NCBI RefSeq assembly: GCF_035594765.1
Contig: NC_085841.1
Coordinates: 333,693,402 to 333,757,401, forward strand
From: Anolis carolinensis
Taxonomy: Eukaryota
DNA: 64,000 nucleotides
Direction of reading: 5' to 3'
The translations under genes were made by a program, and so were the position numbers. The notes under the pieces are model-generated. The model did no database searches. It had not been told where the DNA came from and was given only the letters and a program-made list of their open reading frames with translations. Below, one piece after another: positions 1-13,309 of this stretch (positions within the stretch are counted from its first letter, which is position 1; every line of letters starts with the position of its first letter).

Positions 1-1154
1 TGGTGCGAACCTCCAAAAGAAAACCTTACCTGATGATCTTCAGATTCAGATAGATGATGGTGGGGGAAAAACCTGTTTCAAGTAATGTCCCCAAGCTCTT
101 TAGGTATTTTAGTAGGGAAATACAATATGGCCTCTGTACTCATGGGAAATACATACCTGGACTTCATATGGATATGTGAAACTGATAATAATAGTGAACC
201 ATATTTATTTTAATGGGATGAACAATGGAGGTACAGAGAAAAGGGTGTAGATTTTACAGGAGCCCCTAAGTGAAGAAGTGAATCCATGAAAAACCGTTAT
301 ATATTGCTTTGGCCAATATAGAGGTCAGACTGTATATCTTGAGTGTACCTCAGGCAATTGGTTAAACCATCTGCTTTATGGCAGCTATATTCAGCGTTGT
401 GATATCATCTCAGTTTGAATTCTGATGAGTTGCGGATTGTTCCAAGATCCCTTATGGTGCTTTTCATATATGGTAGGTACATTGTTCAATTTTTCATCTC
501 TTCTTCATTTTGTGGGACTTAGATAAGGGCTCTCATTCTTCCCAGAGGTGTGGATTAGAAGCTGACAGAACACTTCTGATGTGCTATGTCTCATAAGGAG
601 ATCAAAATAAATTAAGAGGCTGAAATCATATTTTGAAAAGTGTTGGGGATGCCTATTTTAGAAATGGCACTATAAGCATACGTTGAAAGAATCTGCCAAG
701 AGGAATGATTAAAGCATGACAAAGCACTGAGACCATGAACTGATTGTTGCTTGACATTGCAGGGTTAGGATAAGTGAAGTGTATTTATAAAAGCCAAGTC
801 AAAATATAAACATTATTGAGTACCATGTGAACATGCCATTTATTCATTTCTACAACTCATGGAAACTTCTACAAATGTAGGTGTGTAAATATCTATACAT
901 ACATATGCATCATGCTTGCCCTCACAATTTCTATGAGTTGAAAGACTTTCCCCTAAATTCCATTATTTTAGTTCTGGTTCCTATCAAGTTTAACTTGGAG
1001 AACCACATGATGTATCCCAGTTGCTTCAATTTCCAATCCATTTAGTTTGTATTCATTTTCCTCTCCCTTAGCCTTTCTCAATTATTCTTTATTATTAGAG
1101 GGTGCAAATGTTTATCTTCAATATATAAATCTGGTTGTGCACTGTTTATTGATT

Positions 1155-1421
1155 GAGCCCCCAGTGGAGCAATGGGTTAAACTCTTGTGCTGACAGACTG
1201 CTGACCTGAAGGTTGCCGGTTCAAATCCAACCTGGGGAGAATGCAGATGAGCTTCCTCTGTCAGTTCCAGCTCCACGCAGGGACATGAGAGAAGCCTCCC
1301 ACAAGGATAGTAAAGCATCAAACATCCGGGCATCACCTGGGCAATGTCCTTGCAGACAGCTAGTTCTCTCACATCAGAAGTGACCTGCAGTTTCTCAAGT
1401 TGCTCCTGACATGAAAAAAAA
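1155..1421 (+). mobile_element. tRNA-derived SINE, near full length, with a probable Vingi-type 3' tail
   Basis: A-box-like GGAGCAATGGGTTAA and B-box-like GGTTCAAATCC. Ends in ...AGTTTCTCAAGTTGCTCCTGACATG plus poly(A). Imperfect TSD TTTATTGA/TTTACTGA. Family assignment from recall. Confidence 0.75.
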
Positions 1422-3018
1422 CTTTACTGACACATATACATTCTCAGCATATCTGTAAACTACCACATAGAAAGAAGATTTTCCCCATTATTAAAGATGT
1501 GCAATGTCCACAATATTCAATTTGAATCACAATTCAGCAAACAGGACAACTCCACTCAGACTGAACTCAATGAACTGGTTTCATGTGTCCAAATCAACTA
1601 TTTCAGATTGGACATCAAAATCATTACTTTTTCCTTTAATTTTTATTGCAAATTAACAAATGGCTATTTTCCCTATTTGTTTAAATTGCATTATTTGTTT
1701 ATATTATAAACACATAGGAGGTGGTTAAATTTATCAGACTTCAGACAAATAGTGGCAAGCCTTGTGAATGGTGTTATTTTTTGTTTCTCATACAATGGAG
1801 ACTACTTTTGGAAGCCTTGTGTAAAGTATTCTCAGATCTGTCCATGTATTGGAGAATAGGAAGAGCTGCATACTCCTGTTACAATTTGAACATAATGGCC
1901 GAGATCCAGCATCAAACTAGTGGAGATAAAAGCTCCATCAAACATAGTTCTGCTCTGTTCTCTTAATTCTGAATACATAACTTACCTTTCTGTTCTTGGG
2001 GCAACCGACCGAAGGTAATGTCAGTGGTGTTTGTGTAGGTAGATGCACAAAGACAATGTCACCCTCACCAATCTAAGAGGACCATCAGGAGATTCTAAAG
2101 GATTTCTTTGTCTTCACATGTTAGCTGCATAAACAAAACTAATATCTTCCTGAGCACTCTCCCCTGACCACTAAGTGGCTATAGAAAGATATATTTGTGG
2201 GTAAGGAGGTCATGGCACAAAGGAAGTACTGGATATTTTCTTCTGTAATGATCATAAAAGAGCATACACAGGCATATGGTGACATTACATATGTGTATAT
2301 CAAGAGAAACATGGGATAAAAATAAATTAAATGTACATGACACTTTACAGTAAAACAACTAAAAACAGTGAATTCTGCCGAAGGCATACAGTCTAAAATA
2401 AATGTGTATGCACATAAATACATAGAGGGAAGGAGGAATAACAAATCACAAAAATGAAAAATAAAATTGCAAAATAAATTATCCATATAAATTGCAAGCA
2501 AACAAATAATCCACAAAATAATGCAGAACAAGTTAACCAATCAATACATGTAAACAAAATAAAGAAGACTACAAAACAACATTGAACTAAAATCACCAAG
2601 ACATTGGAAAAAAATGTAAAAGTTTCAACTGAGATTTAAAAACTGCCAGGGAAGGAGCAGTCCACAAATGCCCAGGAAGGCATTTCCAGGCATATGGGGC
2701 CAATGATGACGAAGACATAAAAAAGTTAAAATATTTTTTGAATCAATCATAAATCAAAATGGACACAGTATTCGAGGAATCAGAAGAGCAGCTAAGCCAG
2801 CTATGAATGAATGAAAAAAAAGAGTATCAAAAATAAAGGTAGAAAAGTATTTGCGAAAGGTGGACAGTGAAGAAAGCTAACAAAAAGAGGATTAATCTAT
2901 TTGAAAAGTGCTGGGAGAGAGTTCTATAGCTACTATGGATTTCCAAAAAGAGAAATAAGTCGAAGAACAAATCAGTTCTCAATTCTCCCTAGATGCCAAA
3001 ATGGTTAAACCATTGATA

Positions 3019-3216
3019 TGAGGCAACATGACTCACTGGAAAAGGCAATAATTCTTGATAAAGTAGAAGACAGTAGGAAGATAGAGATCAGAGAGGGACT
3101 GATGTCATCCAAAAAAAAAAAAAAAGCCTGGGTTTGCAAGAACTGAGCAGTGCTGTCAATGATCAGGGCTCATAAGGTTGCCATAAGTTGGAACCAACTT
3201 AAAGTAAATAACAACA
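3019..3216 (+). mobile_element. Degenerate 3' end of an RTE-clade LINE
   Basis: Remnant of the 'HDSLEK.I.L.KVE.SR' coding end, followed by an RTE-type tail GGTTGCCATAAGTTGGAACCAACTT...AACAACA. Confidence 0.6.
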
Positions 3217-4315
3217 GTATTACTAACAGCATCCAGGCAGTGTGGCGCTGCTGTAAAAATGTCCAATTTATGGCATATAGTTTCCCCTCTTTTGAGAGAA
3301 AGGATCTCATGAATTGTCCGTGCCCATGTTCCTATCATGTTATACGCATTGTGATGTGCAAGGATTCTCTTCGTTCTGTTTTTCATATTAACTCTCTTTC
3401 ATAGTAAAGCCACATGAAATTAATTATTACTGGTTTGCCTGCAGATGGTCCTGCACCATTTTCATGCTGCTGCTGGTGAGCTTAATGTGATGAGGGGCAT
3501 TATGGCAGAGATGGAGAAACGGCCTATGAAGATCATTGTGCAATGGGAAAATCAGGCATGACAGTTCAGCTTAGAGAACCTCCGGGTACTAATGTTGCTA
3601 CATTTCTCTGTCAGGTTACTTCTGTCTCAGTTTTATGGTCAAATGGAATAATAATAATGATGAATAGTCTGAACATGAACACACACACATAGTCCTTTCC
3701 AAAGATGCACCCACACAAATAACAAACATCTGGCCAGAGGGCTTGGCAGCTTGAGCAATAACTTTGTGCTTTCCAGACCCCATTGCCTTCAGAAAGAACA
3801 GTGCCAGCTGCAATCTCAGGCTAGCTCTGATGACACACAGTGACAGAAGGGGCTTCAGCACACATGTCAGTGTTTCCTTTGCTCCAAGAAAGGCAGCAGC
3901 AAGCACAAATAAAATTCTTCAGATGAAATAATAAGATTTACTCTAAAAGGCAATCAGATGGCAGAAAGCGGATTTGACCTGGATGAATGATCTCACTACA
4001 AGATTTGAGGAGCCAATGACCTCTAAATTCTGCATTCAAAACCTTTCAGTAGTTCAACAAATATTCAAAATGATGTTTACTTGAGCTCTATTATTCCAAC
4101 CATACTCTCTCTATTATATCTAGTACATACCACTTGACTGCCAGCAGCTTCAGGTTACTACTGTGTAGCCAAAACGAAATTTACAATATAACATTTTAAA
4201 AACACTTTTATAAAAAAAGATTTTTAAAACTTTATTCCACTCTGCATACTTTCGTTGTGTAATACTGGGTCGGTTAGTAGTAGATTTGGGATGGTTGTGA
4301 AAAGATAGCAAATTC

Positions 4316-4364
<49 letters not shown>
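4316..4364. repeat. (GATA)n microsatellite, about 12 units
   Basis: Directly visible. Confidence 0.98.
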
Positions 4365-5087
4365 GGACAGCAAATTCAGAGAGAAGAAGGAGAGGGGGAG
4401 AGAGACTAACTGATCTTACCAACTGATGAGAAAAAGGCATTAACGACCGAAGGCACCAAAATGCCCCTGCTATTCTAGGGAATCGTGATTTTAGATATTT
4501 GTTTATCATGTCTTGCTCTGCCTTTTTGGGTTATTTATGCTAATTTTCCATGCCAATTCATGGGATTCCACATCAGTATAGTAGTGAGTCCACTCTGGGT
4601 GTGTTTCTGAACTTCAAAGGAGCTGTCCAAGGTAACAATTTTTTTTGCAGGTTGGGATAAGTACCTTGTAGAGCTAAAACCTGGAGTTGATTCAACATCC
4701 TACTGGGCCAAATACCTAGGAGCTGATCTGGAGTGGGATTCATGGGATTAATGCTGGGGGGAGTCCATACTGTCAGCCACTGAGATGGCTCAATGACTGA
4801 CAGATGTCCACACTATGTGATAATGGGCTGGAAAAATCTGCAGTTCTATGTGGCACTCGATGGCCACCCTTACTGCTCTCCCTGTGTCCTTGGCTTAGCA
4901 GAAACCACCAACCACAAATTGCTAGTGGCTATCACCCATTCCATCTGGCTGGAGTGCCAAAGGATAAGGTCTTTGATCACTCTGGCACTCTAGCCTGCTT
5001 CACTATGCACAATAAACAATGACCACCAGCAATTTAATGGCCAGTGGTCACTGCTCAGCCAAGGGCATGAAGGAAATTGTAAGTGCT

Positions 5088-5217
5088 ATTGGAGTGTTGT
5101 GTGGTTTCTGGGCTGTACGGCCATGTTCTAGCAGTATTTTCTCCTGACATTTCATCTACATCTGTGGCTGGCATCTTCAGAAAAGCACACAACACTCCAG
5201 TGATTCTGGTCATGAAA
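5088..5217 (-). mobile_element. Penelope-like element pseudo-LTR fragment with an inverted end and a decayed hammerhead motif
   Basis: GGGCTGTACGGCCATGTTCTAGCAG...TCTGTGGCTGGCATCTTCAG resembles lizard Penelope pLTRs. Perfect 14-bp inverted repeat at 5090-5103/5186-5199. The minus strand carries CTGAAGA...GAAA.GTC. Confidence 0.7.
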
Positions 5218-6184
5218 ATGCTATTCTCTGTCTCCAGGCCGCCTGAGCTTGGGGAAGGCAAGATAGTCATGTGAAAAGTTCAGCCAGTTCCAAACCAGAA
5301 CTGGTCTACCTGCTTACATTGTCACAAAGTGTGGGGAAGCTCTGGAATATCACCTTTTTTTCAATGTGGGATAAGCCCACGTTAAGCAGTTTTGTCAGGC
5401 ATTAGGGCAAATGGTACCCATGTATCATATGAGTGCCATGTAGTCCATTCACCTCGATTCAGCCTCATTTGACTAGATGGGTTACAGAGTTCATTCACTC
5501 CCACCCTGTCTCATTTGGCCCATGTAGATGGGCCCATTGACAATGAAGCTACCAGCCACGTCTGTTGATTTTTTAAAAAAACACCCTATATTTACAATTC
5601 CAAATGTATTATGTTTTTCATTTCCACTATCCCTAGAAATAAAATTATTTATATTTAACAAACAATGAAACACATGTAATTGAATCTTAATGAAATTTCA
5701 CTTAATTTTGCTGCTGTTAGCAAAGGAGTATTGCTTTATGTTTTCACTTCCTCAAAGGGAATAAAAACCCAGAATAGGTAGCCTGGGCAGGAGAAGTTGA
5801 AAAACAGCACTTGTAAGAACAAGTCCACTTGTAGCCCTTCAGGATCCAGATGAATAAAGTTTATTCCCCCAGTTGATTGTCTTCCATTGTTTTTATCTAT
5901 ACATAGTTGGGCCTCCTGGCCCACACAGGAAGTTGCTTTTGTTCTGTGGGTTATTCATAGATATCAGGTCACCCACAAGGTTACCATGTTCTGTAAGTGA
6001 AAGGTGGGAAATAAATGTGAGCTAGAGTGGAATAGTAGGTAATAATAAAACTGGATAAAGTTCAGATACTTTGAATGCTGATTTTAGTCTGGTTATAATC
6101 TTGCAGTGCAACCTAATTCTTGTGAGGGCAGATGGAGTAGGGGATATCATGTTGCAATCCTTGAAAGAAGAAAGGGGTATACTA

Positions 6185-6320
6185 CAGACATCTTCAAACT
6201 GCAGCTCTCCAGGTGTTTGGGTCTCCAACTCCCAGAAGCCCTAGCCAACGTGTTCAATGATCAGGTATTCTGGGAGTTGGTGGGCCAAACAGCTGGATCG
6301 CGGCAGTTTGAGGATGCCTG
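6185..6320. mobile_element. Degenerate palindromic hAT-type MITE
   Basis: Inverted arms TCCAG..GTTTGG..CAACTCCCAGAA / TTCTGGGAGTTG..CCAAAC..CTGGA; termini CAGACATC / GATGCCTG. Confidence 0.55.
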
Positions 6321-7509
6321 GTGTACTGCATAAAAATAAAGTCTTTTTACTTTCAACACAGCAGATAAAGAACATTCATGATCTGAAGCCACCAAATAAC
6401 TTGACTTTTATAAAGTTACTCATCTCTGTGGCATACAGAAATTAGATTGGTGTGCAACTCCAAGGAACTGGAAAGAAAACATTCATAGAATCATAGAAGT
6501 TAAAAGTAGGGTTATTTTGACAGTAATAAAGGTTTCTTTAGGGTAGAAGAAACTTGAGGACAAGTTCACTTGGGTGATATAGGACTAACTTTAGTGGACC
6601 TTCTTTTCTCACTTCACTGCAGTCTTGCCTGCTAATTCTGTCTCCTGTTCCTGGTGTCTTTCGGAGCCCATGTTCTCTTTTGTTCCAAAGTCTATGGGTT
6701 GAGGTAGCCTTGGTGTGAAGTTCAGCTCTTGACAATGAAAGCGCCACAATGAGAAGAATGAAAGAATGAGATGAAACTTAAAGAAAATGAAAGGATCAGA
6801 AAGAAAGAGAAGGTCAAGGTCATCATGGACTAGAGGAAATGAGAGGACAGAAAAGAAAGGCAGAACCAGAATAGTAAGTTCTGTAACTTTTTCAAACAAG
6901 GAATGCGAGGAGAAAAGGACAAATAGTTTGGAACTGAAGCAAGCTTGAATAATGAAAATAGTTTGCTCCCCTGTTCAAATACCTTAATAATGCTATTTCA
7001 AAGGGAAAACTGAAGAACAAGTAGGTTACCTTGACAGGGTTGTGAAAAAGTTGGTACAGATTCTAAATGGCCTGACAAATGCCAAAAAACACTTTAGAAA
7101 GTGATCTGTGGAATTCCAGTTCAAATTAATCAGATCATATGATAATATCATGCTTGTGGGAGTGTGGAAGGTGTATCTGTTGCTGTGTAGGTGGTCCATC
7201 TACTCTCAGTTCATCCTGCAGCTGCTCCTAGTGTTGAACATATGCTGGAAATAGACACACCATCTGAATGGTTGTTGTGCAGCCATTCAGCCATAAGAGT
7301 GAATGTACTGCTTTACTGACAGTATATCCACCAGCTCCTTCTGTACTATGCAATGGAAAGAGCTGTGAAGTGTCTCAAGCCTTTTCTTTTGCAACAGATG
7401 AGCCACTAAGGACTGGCAGAAATACAAATCAGGTATAATCAATACAAAATACGAATCAGCTACAATATTGCCATCCCTTATGTATCCTTTATAATATTAC
7501 TCAGACCCA

Positions 7510-7834
7510 AGACCTGGTGGCGCAGCAAGTTAAACTGCTGAGCTGCTGAACTTGCTAACCAAAAGGTTGGCAGTTCGAATTTGGGGAACAGGGTGAGCTC
7601 CTGTTGTCAGCCCCAGCTTCTGCCAACCTAGCAGTTTGAAAACATTGCAAATATGAGTAGATCAATAGGTACTGCTCTGGCGGAAAGGTAACAGCGCTCC
7701 ATGCAGTCATGCCGTCAACATGACCTTGGGGGTGTCTACGGACAACACCAGCTCTTTGGCTTAGAAATAGAGATGAGCACCAACCCCCAGAGTTGGACAC
7801 GACTAGACTTAATGTCAGGGGAAAACCTTTACCT
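7510..7834 (+). mobile_element. Sauria SINE
   Basis: tRNA head (TGGCGCAGC...GTTCGAAT), body CCAACCTAGCAGTTTGAAAAC...AGATCAATAGGTAC, BovB-like GGACACGACT, and terminal ACCTTTACCT. Confidence 0.9.
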
Positions 7835-7845
7835 AAGATAATTAT

Positions 7846-8008
7846 AGAGTCAGCATGGTTTAGTTTCAGTGTTGGACTCTGGAGACCAGGGTTTTATTCC
7901 TTGCTCAGCCCACTAGGTGACCTTGGACGAGTCATACACTCTCAGCCCCAGGAAATGCTTTGATAGGCAAGCCTCTAGGTTGCCATAAGTTGGAAAGGCA
8001 CACAACAA
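7846..8008 (+). mobile_element. Older tRNA/CORE-like SINE with an RTE-type tail
   Basis: GGAGACCAGGGTT..ATTCC, GTGACCTTGGACGAGTCA..CTCTCAGCC, and tail GGTTGCCATAAGTTGGAAAGGCACACAACAA. Confidence 0.6.
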
Positions 8009-8708
8009 GATAAATATTAATGATATTTGGGGCTGGTTGTGCAAGCAGTTTTTTTATGTCCAGTTCCTCACAACCTCTTCAGCTGAGACATTCCTAACTG
8101 CCTTGCCTTCCAGGTAGAGACAATTTATAGGGACTTATAAGCCACCACTTGCTTTGCTTTTCACATGCATTTCGTGATATGCGTCTGGACCAAGATTCAA
8201 TATTTGTCAGCATCACAACTTACTTTTTCATTTCTTTGGCTTGAGAGCTCATTTTAGCTTAGAATCTGGTTGAATGGAATAAAGTTTGTTTAAATGGAAG
8301 TCTTTGTAATTTTTAAAAAAAGAAACATGAGGCTGGAGGTTGCAGAGTTGGAAAGGAGGTAAATTCTAATCACCTCGGGAAATGTTTAATGAGATAAATA
8401 AAATAATGGGACTGGTAAGAACTATAAAACACTTTGTACACCCAGAGAGAAAGCAGTCATGGTAAAATGTAAGACAAACATAGCAGTCATAGCAACAAGA
8501 ATTATATTTCCCAGAATAATATACATATTGGTTACCACATCTTGAGGGCATTCTTTTTCCTTTCACACTATGTGCAAAAAAAAAAAGCAAGTTCATGTGA
8601 AGCTAATAAAATTCAGCATTAAGAAAGATTGATTCTATAACGAAAAACTATAGATTATCCATAGTAAGAAAACACATAAATAGATTATCCAAAGTAATTA
8701 CATTCATA

Positions 8709-8820
8709 TTTATTTATTTATTATTTGCAGTATTTATATCTCGCCCTTCTCACCCTGAAGGGGACTCAGAGTGGCCTTGCAATAGGCAGCAATTTGATGC
8801 CACATAAAACAAACAAATAA
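8709..8820 (-). mobile_element. L2-type 3' tail fragment
   Basis: TTTATTTATT...CGCCCTTCTCACCCTGAAGGGGACTCAGAG; the same motif ends the L2 copy at about 42050-42115. Confidence 0.75.
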
Positions 8821-9288
8821 TAACTTGGTCAAAAAATAAAGTAGTCATACACTTTAGTCATATACATGTTCCAATTGTGCATAATTCTACATCTGTTAGT
8901 TATAACATGTATGTGCGCGCGTTTGTGCCTGTGGGAGAGAAGTTATTCAGGGTAGTGAAGGAAGAGTTACCTCACTTTGTCAGTAAAGTACACTAGCCAA
9001 ATTAGTTGTTCTGTAAAATTTCCATCTATAAGGAGACATCTAGTTCTAAAATATTTGTGTGGATACTTAAAGCAGTAATTTTTCTGCATAAGAGCATGGT
9101 CCTTACTTGTATGTCATTTCCTTCCCTTAGCTGGGCACAAAAACATCAGTGGGCAAAATATTAGGTCAGCAGCTGTTCCATAGCAAGTGTGAGCCAAACT
9201 GATCTTTTTTTTTTAATGGCATTTCTTCCCTCTTTACCCTACGTTTTGCTCATGGCACACAAGAAAACATGCATAACTTGTTAAACCA

Positions 9289-9321
9289 AGTTTCTCAAGT
9301 CGCTCCTGACACGAAAAAAAA
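9289..9321 (+). mobile_element. Extremely 5'-truncated copy of the 1155-1421 SINE/LINE tail
   Basis: AGTTTCTCAAGTCGCTCCTGACACG(A)8, flanked by ACTTGTTAAACC / ACTTGTTGAATC (imperfect TSD). Confidence 0.75.
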
Positions 9322-12084
9322 GACTTGTTGAATCTATTCTCTGCAGTTTCAATTTGTTTGTTTTTTTCTTATTTTTATTCATTTTCTTTTATAACCAGGA
9401 ACATAAAAACCTAAGTTGACCAATTTTAATTGGGGAAGAAACAATGAAAAGTAGCTGACAGAACTGTTAGTGTTTTCTGTTTATTCAGGTTACAAATACA
9501 TTATCAGAGGAAAGAGTTTATTTGAGCTCATGGTTGTCATCAGAGCAAGTAGGATGTAAGTTGATTAATTTTCTGAATATCAGTGTCCCACAAGTGCTTT
9601 CTTTTTACATCACACTAGTCTTTTCAGTAGATTAGTCATACAGGCAGTTGAATGTTTATATTAGACAGGAAGGAAAGGATATAAATGGATTAGGATCATA
9701 TTGATTACCTTGTAATATTACAACTCACACATATACACTGTTAGGATGGTTCTGCACATGGTGGGGTGGGGGGAGAAGTGAAACCATTGGCCAACCACTT
9801 TTTGTGCTTCTAATATAAGATTTATAGAGGAAATGCTTATGTCTCTTTCATGAGGTGTGTTCCTACCTGATAACCTTGAACAATCGATGTATAATGGTCT
9901 TCTTCATGGGTCATCACAGAAGCATGAAAGAGTTTCGTGTGTATCACTTCTGCATTGTGCTCTTAATGCTTCTTTATTACAATTGAAGTATATTTCAACA
10001 ACAGCAACAATAATGACAACAACAATCATGACAACGACAACAACAACAGCACATTGGTTGAGGATTCCGCCTTTCTCAGATCTCTACTCTAGTTTTGAAA
10101 TCCAATGTATAGTTGAATACCAGCAGCAATGTTTGTGAATTAATCTTGGTGGATCAATTCTTTCAGATTCAGATCCGATGGAACTTGATAGGATGCCTAA
10201 CACTTAATTCTTAAACAAGATGGCATGGTTTTAACTCCCAGTGATACCAATGGTTCTGATTTTCTCCTATTGTGTTTGACATTAACACTTGTTTGGTTTT
10301 AAGGGATAATTAATAACAGTAAATTGTTATGTGCAAGTAATTTATCAGCCACAAGTAGCAAAACTAAATTAAAATATTTTTAAATTTTGTGTTTTGGCAA
10401 CCTTCCTAATAATATGTGGAGATTCCATGTGGGATTTCCTGCATAGACCTTCTTTGTGTCTCTTCAGTCTTCCAAGAATCAGATTTTGACTCAGATGATA
10501 TAAGTGGTTGTCATTGAATAAATTATTGTTTCTTAAATGTGTACTTCTGAGATCACCATATACTCTAAGTGCTCTGATGTAAGTTGCTTTTTCTTTAAAA
10601 GATCAGCCTAAATGAAACAGGATTGAATGGATTTCTTTTCAACAAATATTTCAATGCTTTCTGATGAAGTCTTTCTGATGATAATGAGAAACTTTCCTTT
10701 AACCCACTCATGTCCTTGACATGGAGATGAACACGTTCTCATGCACATGTTCTTAAAGTTAATCTGAATAATGGTGGAAATAAATGGGGAAAATAACTTT
10801 TAAAAGGATCATGAAAAGATGCTAATGTTGCTATTTAAACTATTTTGAATTTTCAAATGTCCTTCAGTTTTTTCCCTAGTTTTTAAAGGTATGGTATTTT
10901 GATGTATATTTTAACTTCAAAACATGCTCTCTGCAAAAGTCAAAATAACAATAATCATAAAATAAACGTAAACTTAAACTTAAAATCAAAATGGTTAAAG
11001 ATGTGGTAGAGACTAGTAACACATTTCCTGGTTTAGATAGAAGTCCAGGGTTTGCTTGATTTTCAGGATTTTTTTATGGTGTTCAGGGTCTTATACATGA
11101 ATATGCATGAGTATTGTACATGTTTCATTGGAAGATTGGAAGAAAACTGATTTTAAATGGACTTTAACAAAACATTTGTAGGATGTATCTACAAGATTCC
11201 CCTTCATACAGGCCTCAACTTACTCATCCTTGGATATCCTTTTCTTCATCATGGTTTTCAAAAGGATGGTTGAGCACCATAATGTCTGGTTCTACTTTGC
11301 ATCTGTCAAATGATTTTGTAATGCACGACCTGTAGATCAGGTGCCTCCAAAGTGAAAGCACTTAAGATCAAGAACAGCAGTTATAAAACCGAATTAACCA
11401 AGACTACTTGCTGAGCTATCCAACACGATGCTAGGAATAACAAAAACAAATATTCTTTTTCTTTGACTTTTTAATCAGGTGCTTTTTAATCATTTAACCT
11501 CAGGCAAGCTGAATGAGAATGAATCGAACTGATGCTATTGTTAATATGTTGGATTCAGATATTTTTCAGAGGCTTGAGTAGATACACCAGGCATTATTCT
11601 GGGTTCCATCGTTCCTATTATGATTCCTTCCTTTCTGTTGCTTAATCTCTTTACTTGTCTAGAACAATTCTTCTCACTTCTTCCACCCCTTCCCCATTTT
11701 AATTTTGTTTTGTTTTGTTTTTTTCTTGGAAAGCTCCTACATGGAAACACTCTTGTACAGATTCAGATAACTGATCTGTCTAACCACTAGGTCAGGGTTC
11801 ACATATGAGTCTTTCCCAGTCCTCTCTTCTATTATTTCTCCCTGGGAATATGAGGGATATACCTGGAGATCATAAAGATTTCAACCATGTATTGTCCCAT
11901 TGGCATAATGACTCCATTCTGTAGCAGTGGAACATCATGCTGCTACTACAAGGCTTCCCTGGATGTGACACAGTCCTCTTGTGCTAAATTACTCCAAACA
12001 ACCTTGGGATGTTGAGTAAAGAGTTAAGAGAACCACATATAGGTCTCAGCTTTAGAAGAACATTTCTAATTAAATAGTGGCCAA

Positions 12085-12527
12085 GAAAACAGCCACGTCT
12101 TAAGTTTCTTTCTGAAAGACAGGAGGGAGGGAGCTGACCTGATTTCATTGGGGAGGGAGTTTCATAGATGGAGGCCAACACTGAGAAGGCCCTATCCCTT
12201 GTCCCTACCAATCGTGCTTGCGAAGATGGTGGGATCGAGAGCAGGGCCTCCCCAGAAGATCTTAATCTCTATGATGGTTCATAGATTGTTCATAGATTGT
12301 AAGCTGGGCCAAAACTATTTAGGGCTTTATAGGCTAAAGCCAGCACTTTGAATTGTGCTCGGTAGCAGACTGGCAGCCAGTGAAGCTGATGTAACAGGGG
12401 GTTGTGTGCTCCCTGTATGCTGCTCTGATGAACAATCTAGCTGCTGCCCATTGGACCATTTGAAACTTCCGAACAGTTTTCAAAGGCAACCCCACATAGA
12501 GAGCGTTGCAATAATCTATTCAGGATG
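12085..12527 (-). mobile_element. L2 LINE ORF2 3' fragment, degenerate
   Basis: The minus strand translates to 'VGTRDRAFSV' and 'DYCNALYVGLPLKTVRKFQMVQ', matching the 61088-61759 L2 ORF. Confidence 0.85.
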
Positions 12528-12772
12528 ATAATGTGAAGGAACATAATAAGATCAAGTATCTATATATTCCTTCCTAGCCCCCTGCCCTTTTTTGTTATAT
12601 TGCCCTCCCCCATTTTGTGTTAGACCCTGGACTCCCTTTGACCCTGCTTGTGAGTGAGAACTAATGTTCTTTGCATCTTTTCATCTTAGGCCTTGAACTG
12701 CTTAGATCTCCCCTTGAGATTCACTCAGCCTGGGCTCTGCTTGGCAAACAACAATGACAGGTCAATGTCAGC

Positions 12773-13309
12773 CAGGGCCGGCCGGAGATATTTTTTGATG
12801 TTAAGCGGGGGTGCTGAAAAGCGCCCCCGCCACCGGCCCCGCCTCCCGCGCCCTGGCCCCGCCCAGCGTGCCCTGGCCCCGCCTCCCACGCTGCGTGGGA
12901 GGCGGGGCCAGGGTGAATAGTGAGGGGGGCGGGGCCAGAGTTGGCCCCGCCCCCCGCCCAGCGTGCCCTGGCCCCGCCTCCCACGCAGCGTGGGAGGCGG
13001 GGCCAGGGCACGCTGGGCGGGGGGCAGGGCCAGAGCTGGCCCCGCCTCCCACGCTACTCCCGCTCGCCCGTCTGGCCTTTTCTAGCAGGCCAGACTTCAG
13101 CGGAGGTCCCTCCAGGCCGCAATCGCGGCCTGGAGGGACCTCCGCTGAAGTCTGGCCTGCTAGAAAAGACCAGATGGGCCAGGGCGCACTAGGCGGGAGG
13201 CGGGGCACCGTCAGGGCAGTGCCCCGCCTCCCGCCCAGCCTGACGGCGCCCCCCCGGGCCTGCGCCCGAGGCGGCGGCGTCAGGTGCCTCAATAGTGGGG
13301 CCGGCCCTG
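12773..13309. mobile_element. Non-autonomous hAT (Tip100-like) MITE, 537 bp, GC-rich and multi-palindromic
   Basis: Perfect 11-bp TIR CAGGGCCGGCC / GGCCGGCCCTG. Perfect 8-bp TSD ATGTCAGC at 12765-12772 and 13310-13317. Confidence 0.92.

Noticed and set aside
7510-7585. tRNA-like A/B boxes, also at 1155 and 56280-56355
   Set aside because: These are SINE heads without a complete cloverleaf, not tRNA genes.
12841-13055. Repeated GC-rich units superficially like a CRISPR array or a CpG-island promoter
   Set aside because: Eukaryotic context, inverted rather than direct repeats, no unique spacers, and fully enclosed by a TIR/TSD.
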